From Marsupella aquatica (taxonomy: Eukaryota > Plantae > Marchantiophyta): a stretch of 64,000 bases of DNA. Shown piece by piece: positions 49,480 through 62,903 of this stretch; position 1 is the first letter of the stretch; each line of letters starts with the position of its first letter. The stretch lies in NCBI GenBank assembly GCA_973895155.1, contig OZ316896.1, positions 5,593,303 through 5,657,302 on the forward strand, in the 5' to 3' direction. The position numbers and the translations under genes were made by a program. The notes under the pieces were generated by a model, which saw only the letters and a program-made list of their open reading frames with translations, ran no database searches and was not told the origin of the DNA.

Positions 49480-50869
49480 GACCCTAGCTAAAGATCAACC
49501 ACACAGTTCACGAGAACAAGTTCATCTCGGGATAGCAAACCCATCGGAAATCCACTTTCCCTCTCATGCTCGGATACGCCATAACAGGTCACAAAAGCCA
49601 AGGTTGCACACTAGCGGGCAAGGTCGTGCTAGAAATATACAGTGCATTCACACCGGGACTGGTGTACGTTATGTTGAGTAGGGTCACAAATAGAGCATCC
49701 ATGCGCATTGTTGGAGATCTTACGCCGCCGGACTTCAAAGTGTTCCACTTACCAATTCGTCGTGTTCAACAAGCAGATGTCGACCACCAAAGGCAACAAG
49801 GCAGCGAAGGCATCACAACAACAATGAGAAACAATGACAGGCGCAAATAGCAATCCGACGAGCGCTACTCCTACAACAGTTTAGGTAAACAGTGTCCACA
49901 TCATACTTCACCTTGTTGATGCAAGCGATATACAATGAAATGATGATACGAAAGTTGCAAGATTCATTAACATTGACGGGCACTATTGTTCTAACACATT
50001 GTTCACGTCTTTCCTATGCAGCCCATGACAGCCGTGGAGATGGCAAGGATGATCATGAGAGAGCTGCCGTCGGATGACTTCCGGACTGACGAGGAGGTAA
50101 CGGCTAAACAAATTGATTTCGGCAACGGTCTCGGAATCGAGACAACTGAGATGGTGAACGGGATCAAGAGGAGAGATCTGTCGAAGATGATCGAGGAGAG
50201 GAAAGTGTTCAAGGCAGACTTCTACGATCATTACGGAGATAAACCGGCGACTGGTAAGCACAAAGAGAAAACCCCCAATAAAAAATGAATTCAACCATCT
50301 CATGCACACATTAAGCACTAACTCCGTGTTGAAAACAAATGCAGGTGTCATGAAGGAGATTCTTAGGTACATGGCAGTTCCGTTCGAGGAAGACCAGCTC
50401 ACTTACAAGGACGGGATGCGCGAGTACATCCAGGTCACAAAGGGAGCTCGTCTAGAGCAACTGACCAGATTGAGGCATGATTTCAAGATGCCACTTGATA
50501 TGTTGGTAGGGCTGACACATCAGCAATCCCAGTCCCTGATCGACAGGGTGAGGAGGAGCAGCAACCAGGGGCTGCTATCTGACGTCCCTGCCCAAACAAC
50601 AACGGAACAACCCACCACATCCAAGCGCAAATTCAACGCAATGTGACAGTTGTTTCCATGATGTAGTACAAGTTTCATTTTTCAGAACAATGTGGTGTAT
50701 CATGCAAAAACAAATTATGACATGTCCCAATAAAGATACCCATTGCCGGAAACATATTTATCTATATCAAAAATAACTATCTACTTTTTAACACATTTTT
50801 TATTTGTATCAATAACTATCCACTTTTCAATCTCAATCGAATAAAAACAGGTGGGGGTCCACGAACTAA
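49480..50869 (+). mobile_element. 5'-truncated Helitron-like fragment: C-terminus of a PIF1-type helicase, a downstream spliced ORF and a candidate 3' end
   Basis: FPLMLGYAITGHKSQGCTL...FTPGLVYVMLSRV (SF1/PIF1 motifs V-VI). A short hairpin GTGG-GGGT-CCAC (50851-50862) is followed by CTAA|T (CTRR). Confidence 0.6.
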
Positions 50870-53800
50870 TTTTGGCTTTTCTTGGGGTTTTCCCTTGTTG
50901 CTTTCCCTTTATTTGATCTCCTGTCTCTTAGATCTTGTCCCCTGGATGAATCTTGTCCCCTGGATGACTGCCTTTTGGTTTTTGACAGTGAGTTATATGT
51001 ATCTGCTAGGCGTTTGTCTTGTTGATTAGCCAGTTTCCCACCTAGCCACACCCCATGTTAGCCAAAATCTGATAATTATCCTTAAATATAACTTTTGCCA
51101 TTTGTAAAAGAAAAAGAATCCTAAATAATTACCTTGGTTCTTGCAATGATATTTGGTACAAAGCACATTTGTTCCCACCAAAGAAAATAGGAGGCCCTTC
51201 TTGTTATAACAATAGACTCCGGACCAAACTCGTTTGAAATGAAGGTCAATAAATTGCAACTCCATTGAATGGAGGAGCCCAAGTTTAGCCACAGAGGTAG
51301 TCTAAAATTCAAGACAATATAAACACTACACATTAGCATTTATTTGGGATCACTGCTTGCCGTGTAGGATATGTAAACACCCTACCTGAATGGGCCCCAG
51401 ATTCATGTAAAACCAATTGCATCAGTTTCTCCTCATTGTATGGTCTGACCAAATTTTGTCAGGGAGGAATTTAAAAGAAACAATGGTCCCCACTTCTTGT
51501 AAGGCCACTCTAAAGTACTCAAGGGAACCCATAGTACTCATTTGAACACATACAGTATTAAAGAACATATCCTATTAAACCCAGATGACACTACTGCAGT
51601 TGAAGAAGGGGATACTTTCCCTTCGTTTCTCCCTTTTATTGGGCCTCCTGCCTTTGGCATCTTCTCTCTGTTGAGCATAGACGACATTCGCAACGGCAAG
51701 CCCATGAACCATCCAACGCACAATAGTCGACACAGAGAGATACGTGGTTCACCTCCACATGAGGCTACGTCCACGGGAACACACAAGAGCTTTACTGCAC
51801 TCTAGGCCGACCGGCCATACCAAACATCCACAGCACAAGCTCTCCCTATCTCTCAACTAGCTCCGTAACAATGAGCCTAAGTTCCACCAGGGTCTAGCAT
51901 CAGCCCTGGCTATATGCACACCAACACTACCGCTAACATTAGCTAAGTCCTAACCAGAGTTAGACTAACTGTGGTTAGCTCATGAGTCACAAGACTAGAG
52001 CAATATCTAACACTCTCCTTATGTGGGCCTCCCTTTGGTATGTTGTCTTAAGGTTTGATTTTTTCTGGTTCTTTGGCAATTGATATATATAAACTAGGAT
52101 ACTATCTCTCACTTGATTCAATCAATCATGAGATTGTTGAACTTACCTCAGGGTGCAACTGAAGACTCCAGCCGAGGAATGTTTTGCCTAATCCACACGC
52201 AAGACCCCAAACTGCAAAAGGGATTGGAGGCATTCAAGTGAATCAAGTGGGATGATTTGTGAATCCGGATTATCAAGGAGGTTGTTAACCCCATCAATAA
52301 TCATTCACCTATATCAACGAAGCTCACCAGCCTTGCCCAATTCAGACAACGTCTTGACGGTCATCTGTTTTTCAACTCATAAAATTTGCACTTGGCTGAC
52401 CTTGATGATTCACTTTTTACCTATGAATAGACTAAATACAATAGCCTTAGTGTATGTGAGAAGTTATGCTCAAGGAGGTGACACTGAATTTGACTCCAGT
52501 CTTTTTTTCTAAGGCTGATTAGTTAACGCTTTACTCTGGCACACTCACTTTCCATTTCTTATCCAATTGACACTTAACAAGTTGACCTTACTTGCTTATA
52601 GAGGGGTGACAATTTCCAATCCTTCAATCTACTGAGCTAAGCAGAGAAGCTTCAGTAGCGACCATCTTCATGAACCAATGCTAGATTCGATGTATTGCCA
52701 CAACTACACCCACACATCGCTCAAAGAATGATGGAAACCTACCGCCGGTCAATCAATCTAGCAATGCGGATTAGGCACATTCAACTGAGATTGAGAACTT
52801 TCTTGAAGTAACAAGCCCACGGTATCTGCATCATCGCTACGAAGGGGAAAGGAGATCTTGCCAAACCAACTCCCTCCCATCTCAGTGTTGTTCTAGTGGT
52901 GACCTTCTTACCCGTAGAAGCTCCTTGTAGCTCCACTACTATAATGTTGACAGACAGATATGTTGACTATATAGACAGCTAATGTTGACTATAAAGTTTG
53001 GCAGACAACTATGGGAGTGCTTGCAAACAAACTGAACATCCGTCTCCTTATTTTTCTGGTTTCCGTGATCACTAGGTCTCTCAACAAGTGCAACCGTGTA
53101 GATTTTGTGGGATGGAGGGGTGGAGACGTTTGCTTGAATGTACAACAACAGGAAAGGGTTTATCAGCGACCGAAGGGTGAGATTGAATAGGTTTTGCAGG
53201 GGAGTGCCTTTGTGATGTCTACAACGTGACCATGGATGGGTTTGGCAGGGACATACCTTGGGGCGTTTACCTAGTGTATATATGCTAGTACCACGTGCAA
53301 TTGTAGCCTAATTAAAATACTCGTATTTTTGCTTAGCAATTTGGGGAATATACCTATTTTATTTTTTGGGGGTCAATATATTGAGGGGTATTTTAACTTC
53401 TAAAATTATCATTTTGAAAAATAAACATACCTATTTTGCTTGCAAAATTTTGTTTGTTAACCAACACATCTACCGCGGCGCCAGAGACATTAACCCTTCA
53501 ATGTCAGACACTTACAAATGTATCAACGGTACATGTAAGGTTCAACTAAGGTTTAACTCAGTAGATTGTGACTTTGCAACATAGGATACTTGATGCACAA
53601 TACAAGTAATTTCAACAACTTGCATGAAAGATGTTGAAGATCAAACATGAATTTAATGCATTAAAGAAGTTGAAAATCAATCTTCTATAGAAGGTTATCT
53701 ACTATTTTTGGTTAAATTTCTTAAAATTATAAGCTTTGGACATAATCAAGCAAGCCTTGTTATAAATAATATTGATCTAGGTATTTATTAGAAACATGTA

Positions 53801-55617
53801 TTTACATCTCCAAATCACTAGCTAATGATGCTACAAGATTAAAAGACTTGTATACCTGTAGGTAAAATAATTGAACTCCCAAATTAGCCCAAATTCTGGA
53901 AAATTAGAGCCGCCTCCACTCTTTGCTCTTATCACTTTAGGGTGCTATAACAACATTACCCTACAATGAATATTTACTATTACTCACACCTATCCAAGCT
54001 TGCTCCAAGGTTGGCAATATGTCATTATATGAAGTATCAATATATATCTTATGTATTTTTCAAGGCATTTTATATGTGGACTAATAGGACAATGCCAAAT
54101 GGACCAATGAAACTATGACATTTGTCATGTAATATGTTTTGGAAAATAACCTATTTTGTAAATTACTTTTTTCTAAAATAAAAATAATGAAGTGCCTATT
54201 TGACTTTATAAACTCATCCAATGGCTTAAAACACCTTCTTTTGCATCTTATGCTTTTTAATACTATGGCTAATTTTTATCGAAAGTACCTATTTTGGATC
54301 GGCATGTGGTTCCTAAAGTTTTTGATAGTCGACCCCCCGAGGGACATACCTCCGAGTTACAAGGGTGGGACGTTTTGCTGCCATGATGAGACACATTGCC
54401 CATTGAGGACTAGCGGTGCTTTGCGATAGCTTTGGACAGCTCCTAGAAGCAGTCAACAAGAATGAATTTAGGCAATGAAGGCAATTGCCCCAATTTTTGG
54501 TTCAAAACTAGCTATTCTACTCAATGCCAAATGTGAACCAATAAGCGTGGATCGATTCTTCACCATGAGATTGATTCAATGTAGAGTATCATTTTGGCTG
54601 AAGCATCGTCCTTCATTAGCTCACTGACATTTACAAGAACAAGTAATAATATTTTGAAGCACATTACTCTCAGTCGAGTTGACAAACAATGTGATTCATT
54701 ACTCAAGCTCAATGCAGTCAGGCAAAAAAAGACTACTTGCTCTTGGTTGAGTTGACAAGTAGGCGTGAATATTCCTTCAAACAATGCAGAGAAGCGCAAC
54801 ATAGGGTCGAGGCAATGTAAACAATTTTTTTATGATAAAGAGGCTTCAACTTGAAGTTTGCATAAGGAACATCAATCGGAAGAATGAACATCTTTGGCGT
54901 ACCTGTGCCACTCACGATCTTGCCTTGGCATTTTTGTGTAATGTGGATCGGGCTTAAGAATCATTTTAGCCTTCGCCCAATACTCCCGAATCAGCTTCCC
55001 CTCGTTGCCATTCTTTGTCGTCGCTGCCTCAATTGTTATTACATGTGGAAGTAACCTCTATATTCTTGAATGCAACACAACAAAACAATGATCTAAACAC
55101 TCCCTGAACTCTTTTCATTCCCGCATGTCCTCTAATCTCCATTTATCCTTTGGTTCGATGATCTGCTGCTTAAACAAATTTTTCTCAATCAACTTCTCAA
55201 GATAAACTTCAACCACATTAGGCCTGGATGTAGCTTGTGAGGTAACTGCCCTCCTTGTTGTTCCTCGTCGTGGGCCGTGTGGTGTCCTGCGAGTTGACTG
55301 AGGCAAAGTCAATCTAGGTGCTGCCTGAGAAGCATTGGGAGATCTTGTTCTCAGCGGTGTTAAGGCTAGCTCAGGTTCATCCGGTTGAAGATAACCATGC
55401 TCAAACACTCTGTAGCTCTACCAGGCTTTTGAATTCTCCGCCCACTAGGGGTTTAGTTTTCTTTGCTCCTTTGGGGGCTCTTGGGTTTTTGTGGTTGTTC
55501 CTCCGTTGTGATGGGTCTCCTTGCCTTGTTCCACCTCTTGGGTCTTCTTGAGTTCTTGGGTCCATTCTCTCTTCTGTTTCCTTCCCTTTTATTATATCTA
55601 TATTGTGTGCTTTGCCT

Positions 55618-55763
55618 CTGGCACCCTTTCTCCCAGTTTGGCGTTTTTGTCCTCTGGCACTTTGATATATAAAGTAAATTGAAGAAACAGCTGGCACCCT
55701 TTCTTCCAGTTTGGCGTTTTTGTCCTCTGGCACTTTGATATACAAAGTAAATGGAAGAAACAG
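55618..55763. repeat. ~73-bp tandem duplication
   Basis: CTGGCACCCTTT...CCAGTTTGGCGTTTTTGTCCTCTGGCACTTTGATATA.AAAGTAAAT.GAAGAAACAGC occurs twice. Confidence 0.85.
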
Positions 55764-56169
55764 CAGAAGTTTATGACAGACCAAAAAGTTTGATTCGAAG
55801 TACTGCCTTATCTGTAATATGACGAGCCGCCAGCAGTGGCAGGTTCGACGACGTCATCATGGACTTCAGGATCGTTGGAGACGTCATGGATTGCAGTCTT
55901 CCCATTGTACAAATCCCTTTCGTGCCGGTCGTCTAGAAGTTCTACTGCTCGAGCTACTGTTACAGGGTGCTTATTTCAGGGGCAGCATTCTTGCTATCTG
56001 TTCTTTGTTAGGAGATTTTTCATGGAGAAGAGAATGTCCTGTTCCAGTTCCCGAGTAACTCTTCACATTTCTGTCGTTTGAAAGCTCGCCATCCGAGAGG
56101 TCGTGCTTGGATTGCTTCCTCGGATTACTGTCGTGACGTCCTCTTTCTCGAGCTTGCATTCAGTTGGCT

Positions 56170-56520
56170 TCACTTGTAAGCAGTTCTGCAGAGACACGAC
56201 GGATCTGGTGTATTTTTTTGCCTTGAAATTTTTATTGAACTCCACAACATATCCAGTATACCACGGATTAGCTGATGATATTGTGCTTTGCAAGCAGTTC
56301 TGCAGAGCCATGACGGGTCTTATGTATTTTTGTTGCCTTGAAAATTTCATTGAATTCCACGACATATCCAGTATACCACGAATTAGCTGATGATATTGTG
56401 CTTTGCAAGCAGTTCTGCACAGCGGTGACAGATCTGTTATATATATTTTTTGCCTTGAAACTTTGATTGAATCCCATGTATATATGCAGTATACCACGGA
56501 TCAGCTGATGATTTTGCGCT
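56170..56520. repeat. ~115-bp tandem repeat x3 upstream of the MDR gene
   Basis: AAGCAGTTCTGCA...TTTTTTGCCTTGAAA.TTT.ATTGAA.TCC...CAGTATACCACG.AT.AGCTGATGAT occurs three times. Confidence 0.85.
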
Positions 56521-56708
56521 GCGTCTGACGGAGAATAGAAGCTGCCATTGAGCACTAGCTTGCTGGCCGACAGTGGACTTAGTGACTGATAGACTGGAGG
56601 AAGGTTTCCACCGACCACGGCATGTTGGTGACGTTTCCTCGTTTAATCTTCTGGGAATTCGGGAAGACAATTCAATAACGTAGAGCGTGGTGTGTGTGAA
56701 TTATCATC

Positions 56709-59021
56709 ATGACTTCGAGAGCGGTGAAGCTGACACGACATTCGGGTAAGCCCGAGGAGATTTATGAGCTGGTCACCGAAGCGAAGCCACGAGCATCTCC
56801 GGGTCACGTTGTGATTCGCATGACCCTAATGCCTGTGAATCCGAAAGATCTCCAAAATGGCGCAGGGCGCATGTGGCTTACGCTCGATCTGAAGGACATC
56901 TACGTCGGTGCTGAAGGGACTGGTGTTGTAGAAGAGGTGATCGTCCACAATTCTCCAGCCCGTGATGTCCAGAATCAGTAACGAATGAAAAACATTTTCA
57001 ATTTCTTTGGGAGCTCGCACTTAGGGCAAACTCTCAACAGTTGTGGATGCATTTTGTGATATTTCCCTCCTCTGTCGCAATAACTCCGACTGACAAACTG
57101 TCAAATGCTTTGAACTTCCGCAACTCTGTATTTTTCTCATGCCACTGGTATGACATCAACCTCTTACTCCGTCTCTTATTCTATGAGTTGGAAAGCATGA
57201 AGTGTGGAGTTAGCGTTATCCCTCATATGTGGGGATTGTAGATTCATCTCCCAAAGGATCTGTTTCTGTGTCTTAGCAATCCCGCCGAGTCAGCAAGGAA
57301 TTGCACCCGCTCTGACTCGTAGAATCTAGATGCAATTAATTTCATTCACGAGAATTGTTTCGATCACATTCATTTGGTGGTGCGAGTGTTAATTCTCCGG
57401 AAGACATCCTGTGAATTCCATACAGGTCGGAGAAGGGGTGACCAATTTTATTGTGGGACAAAGAGTCATACCTTTGATATTCGATCGGTACGTTGCTGAA
57501 GGATTTGGTGTCTGGAGAGACTATGTGGAGATCCCTGAAGTGGATCTGATTAGTGTACCGGAGGATGTTCCTGATGAATTAGCTGCTCAATTTTTCATCA
57601 CCCCTTGGCTCGTCTATGGGATTCTCAAGGAGATTGATATACCCAAGGGAGGTTATCTTGTTTCAAATGCTGCTGGATCAGTTGTTGGAAGGTGCGTTTA
57701 AGTGATCAGCAGTCTTCTTTGATCAGCAGATCATTAAAGGAAATACGTCCATCAGATTTTTCCTGCAAATGAAATCCACCGCTAGCATTCCAAAAAGCTT
57801 AGACAATGACAATGACTTCCACGTGTTCTACCTGTTGAGCAGACAAATAGTTCAGCTGGCGAAGCATTGGGGCATTAAAACCATCAACGTTGTAAGAAGA
57901 CAGGAGCACGTCAAAGATCTAAAAGCTCTAGGGGCAGACGAAGTCATCAATTCCTCGACTGAAGGTGTGACCGTAGATCTGATATGTCCTCTTTCAAAAA
58001 TTGCGTGCCTGAACTAAACCAATGTTGAGGGGAGAGTTGGCGTTACGATTTGGTTGCCACATCTCTTATTGAAAGAATTATTCCCCTAGATCATGGTCTG
58101 ATGAAAGCCTTGCACTTAGGAATAGCGCTTTTGCCTCTGTATATGTATATGAACAGCTATCCCATCAAATTTCTTGTAATTCCTATTGTAACAGTCACAC
58201 TGATTATATCCCTCACAAATCGTATGTTCATTACTTTGGGGAATACCTCACCCTTAAGTATTAAAATTAATGCCTTCAAAACGATTCATTGTAGAAAATG
58301 AAGTCTTATATACTTGACACAATAGGGTGTCCCTGCTTCATTTTGGCAACAATTCGTTTTGGTGTCCAACAGGACATAATTATCCTAGAAGTGCTGACAA
58401 AAGTGTCTTAAGTCTCTCAGACGTGTTTGCTCGAGTGAAAGAAATTACTGGAGGAAAACTTGCTTACGGCGTTGTTGATCCAGTAGCTGGTGAAAGTACA
58501 AAGGTCCGCAGAGCCCGACTCTTCCCGACTTCAATTCGAAATACTTCGTTCAAATTACAACAGCGTTACAAAATTCAATGAAATCTTCTTCAATATTCAA
58601 TTAGAGGTATTGTATATTCAATTAGAGGTATTGTATATTTAAGGGGGAAGATGGAACTGATTATTGTGTTTTATCTTGGTGTGGAATCTGTGGAATTATG
58701 ATGCAGATCTTAGCTACTTGCGTACGAAATGGTGGCAAAGTCTTTCTCTATGGAAGACAGTCGTCTAACGATGTTATATTCGGTGTAACGGAGTTGGTCA
58801 GACAAGTGAGCTTGCGCTTCTTCATTATCAGTGATCTTGGCCACGATCCTTCGAAAAGAAACGCGACAGTTACTGAAGTGTTCCAACTTCTGCAACAAGG
58901 AGTCATTGAACCAATCGTCGGCAAGAGATTTCTGCTGAAGGACTTCAAAGAAGCTATTATAGAAACTCAGAAGCCGGGTCGTGTTGGGAAGGTTTTACTC
59001 ATGAACGAGTCCCAGACTTAG
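56709..59021 (+). CDS. Medium-chain dehydrogenase/reductase (enoyl-thioester/quinone reductase-like); exons ~56709-56936, 57426-57691, ~57843-57964, 58421-58503, 58708-59021
   Basis: PVNPKD, GAEGTGVVEE|VGEGVT...GQRV, G.WRDY, AAQFFITPWLVYG, NAAGSVVGR, GIKTINVVRR, LGADEVI and GRVGKVLL, with GT-AG junctions. Confidence 0.9.
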
Positions 59022-60670
59022 AAAAAACTTTCTTCAGGGATTCTGTAAAGTTGTCAGGATGCAAAGTTGTAAGCTACACAACGACTTGAAGTGGAAACAC
59101 TTCAACAATAAGGATACTTTGATACAATGCCAGATTCATCCATTCGAAGTTGCCTTCTGACAGTCAATGTGAAGTTTTCGTGCAAATATACAATTCACAG
59201 ATGCCCAAACCTCGCATATCTCTGTTATATTTTTGCCTTCAAATCGAAAGACCATGCACCCATCAGTAGACTATCATCTTGTGGCATACCCCTGTCGTTC
59301 AACACACGACCGTCTGTCAAGAGGAATCATGCATACTTCAAGGTACTGACCGAATGCGAATGAACACGGACACCAGGTTACGGAAGGGAACATTTCCTGC
59401 GAATTAAAGCTCTGTTTCCATCTCTTTCGCATAAAACGGTTCTTGGCGCCTGTTGCGGATGGTTTCCTTCCAATGTGAAAGTCTTGCCCGAAATGCCTGG
59501 GTCTCTCTGGATACGTTCAGTACTGAACAAGTCTGCAAGAAATGGATCACCAATTGCTGACATCAGAATGACCAGGTCTTTCGCCGTGGATTGTAAGGCA
59601 ACAACGAGAGCCGCGAATGCACACTCTGCCTTGACAAGCAGCGCCCATCCTGCAAAGTCTCTCCCGTGTGATCTTTCTTACGTTGGCGCGGCGTCACAGT
59701 CTTGCCCCTGCAGTCATTTCCATCCTTTGTTTATTGCTTGGTGCCCATGTCCTAGTGCAATCTCACCATTCCTAGTCTTGCGGGCAGAGTCAGATCCAGA
59801 GTCAGATCTCAGCTATGCGCCTCTCGAAAAACAAACCTCGACCAATCAGCTGGGGCATATTCGGTCCTCCGGTGGTGACAACAACGTGGTGGACCTTCAT
59901 TTGATGCCTCACCCCTGGCCTTTCAAGTTCGAAAGCTGTCCCGGCCTGCCGTACCACCCCATTTGGCAGCATCCTGCTCACACTCCACAGCCACAAGACT
60001 TCGTGGCCATTTGACTGGGATAGGACGATCACAATTCGCATCCTTCCTGGTTCTTCGCTCCGCAGCGCTCTTGAATCTTCTGATTGTAGTTTTGTTCTTT
60101 CCTCCAAAGCTAAGATCTTCCTAAACGCGTAGTAGATATCGTACGGGCATTGGATCAATTTCTGTGTAAAGCCAACTTAATCTTAATTTGATCGAGACAA
60201 AAATGCATGTGAGTTGAACGTATCGTTGACATTACAAAAAATAAAAATAAAAATAAAATGGCAAAATAAAGACTCCTAAGAGAAGCTGCCACAGAGCTGC
60301 AAGACGACGGGAACAGTCATGTCAAACGGGAAGGGATCAAATCAAGTGAAATTGACAATGGTAGAGTGCTAGAAAAAGTGCTCTGAACTTCTATGGGCTA
60401 TGGCGAGAGTGTACGTTCCTAAGGTTGCCTTGTGGCACAAGCGATGTCAAAGGACGGGCTGTAGTTCTGTTTCTCCGTACCTTGGAAAGCTGACAGTTGC
60501 TAGGCAGCGGGAAGAGGCAGCGGGAAGAATAGATTCGGATTCCTGACGAGTGGGAAGCATAAATTCGGAGGTCAGCTGGAGAGTCCCTTCATTTGGTCAC
60601 GAGCTTTGAAAGGTTTTGGCTGCCGATTCGTTCATTATTTGTAACTCGATGGCCACGACTAGCTAAGACG

Positions 60671-62903
60671 ATGGTTGAATCTGATCTTACTAACCCTCTA
60701 CTGAAGAAAAATGACCGAGCTGATGGACACGAAGCCACTGAAGTCGATGCGTCCCTTGTGGAGAAAGGGTTTCCTCTCAGTGATGCTAAGGAGTCGTCAC
60801 TCCAGGAGAATACCGTCGATACTCGTGGGAAAACTTCATTTTGGCCGACCACCATGAACCTTGTCAACATTTTGATAGGTCAGTTCAGCTCAATTTTTGG
60901 TAGCATTCAAGTGTCGATCCCCTCAGTCCCTCTTTTCGTGCCAGTCGAGCTCATTTGTGTCCGTGGCCAACTGAAATTTATGACCAGCTGATCGACAATG
61001 TTATTTGTTGTCCACAGGTATGGGACTGATAGCTCTTCCAGCTACTTTCGAAGAAGGGGGCTGGCTGTCGCTAGTTTTACTCTTAGGCTTCGCTTGCATC
61101 TGTTGTTATACAGGATTGCTGTTGGGCCGCTGCATGGAAAGGAAATCGGGCATCAAGACCTACCCAGATATTGCAGATGCAGCTTTTGGTTCTCGGGGCC
61201 GAAACATAATGATGGCAATCATCTTCTTGGATATCTCTGCTTTCCTGGTTGGAAATACCATAGCGCTGGGTGACAATCTAGCCCGAATCTTTCCAAATGC
61301 TAGACTGAATCTCCCATGGTTCGACATCGCGCTGGAGCCTTCGCAGGTTCTTGTTATAATCGCTGTGTTGGTGGCTTTACCAAGTACATGGCTAAGAGAT
61401 ATGAGTTCGCTTTCCTTTATTTCCGTGGGAGGTGTGGCGACATCTTTTGTTGTAATTGCAGCTCTGGCATGGGCAGGGCTGTTTGGTGGGGTGGGGTTTC
61501 ACTATTCTCCCCCACTTTTCAACTTGTGGAATGTGCCAATCGTATCCGGGATCTACGCTTATTGCTATGCTGGACATATTCTCATACCGAACATCTATAG
61601 CGGCATGGCTACTCCAGCTCAGTTTCCACGGGTAAGATCTCAATTGCTAAGTTTTGACTCCCTCTTTGATTGCCTAATCATTATGCTCCTGGTGCTGAGT
61701 GACCGTAATTTATTTTTCGCAGATTGCATTGGTGTGTCACGGTCTTTTGTGAAATTCTATGTTTCCGTTCTTTGAAATCGTGGAGAATTAAAGGAAGACG
61801 TTGGTCAAAATTTTCTTCAGATGATGAACTTAGAGGTGAATTTCCAAACTTGTAAGCAAAGCAAACTTTTCTGGACTTCACCCGGGAATTTTCATTGTCA
61901 TGTTCTCCGCGCATTCCAGGGCTGTTCACAGTCAATTGCTGATTAATTCGAGGTTTGTTTATAACTTTTTGGTCCGCCGCCGTTGTGGGGAAAAACAAAT
62001 TGCTCCAGGCATAAAAGTTGTTACACACGACGATAAGAGCAGTGACGCGGCTTTAAATAAACTGGTGTTCATAAGAGTGCACTACGTGGAAAAAGAACGA
62101 TGACGATAGCTCTGCTACAGACTCATGAGTCGTCTTTTGGATGTTCGGGCTCCATATTCATCTTGTGTTGTAGAAACTAAGTGTTCTCGCTCTGTTTTTC
62201 ATATAATATTTCTTGATCAGTCGGTACTATTGTTTGAGAATGATGTCGCTAGATTGGTTCCTGCCAACTGCCTCATGGCCGTCTACTATGAAGGTCAGTG
62301 CTAACAGCTTCAATCAGGTGATTAATCTCTGCTGAATCTCAAAGTCATAATTCAATTTGGGTGTGTGTTTGACAGGCTTTGATTGCAGCGTTCTCTATTG
62401 CTTCGGTAGTTTACGCAACAACCGCGATCCTCGGGGTTACCATGTTTGGCGAGGACACTCAATCTCAAATTACTCTCAACATACCCAGAGATCTTACTGT
62501 GGCAACCATTGCCTTATGGACAACAGTGCTCACGCCTCTCAGTAAATATGGTTTGGCCGTAGCTCCAGCAGCCGAGCAGATCGAAGGCTTCCTTCGATTT
62601 CCACAAGATTCAAGGGAGTTTCTGACCCTGAGTACACTCATCCGCACCTTGATTTTATTTTCTGTGACAGCCATCGCAATAGCACTGCCTTTCTTCCACA
62701 ACATTCTCGCCCTGTGTGGAGCTTCAATTGCCATGACAATGACAATAACGTTCCCTGCAATCTGTAACATCAAAATGTTCCGAAGATCACTGTCCTATGC
62801 TGAGATTGGTTGCAGTCTGGCCTGCATTGTTGTGGGCGTTTTGTTCTCAATTCTTGGCACTGAAACTTCAGTCAGGGCTCTAATTGAGGACTTGAGGAGC
62901 TGA
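60671..62903 (+). CDS. Amino-acid transporter, AVT1/Aa_trans family; exons 60671-60878, 61018-61631, 62376-62903
   Basis: SFWPTTMNLVNILIG|MGLIALP, CCYTGLLLGRC, TYPDIADAAFG, LPSTWLRDMSSLSFIS, YCYAGH..PNIY, QSQITLN and SKYGL. Confidence 0.92.

Noticed and set aside
52000-53270. Possible degenerate LINE reverse transcriptase on the minus strand
   Set aside because: Only vague motif-like fragments; no clear YADD/QG motifs in a consistent frame.
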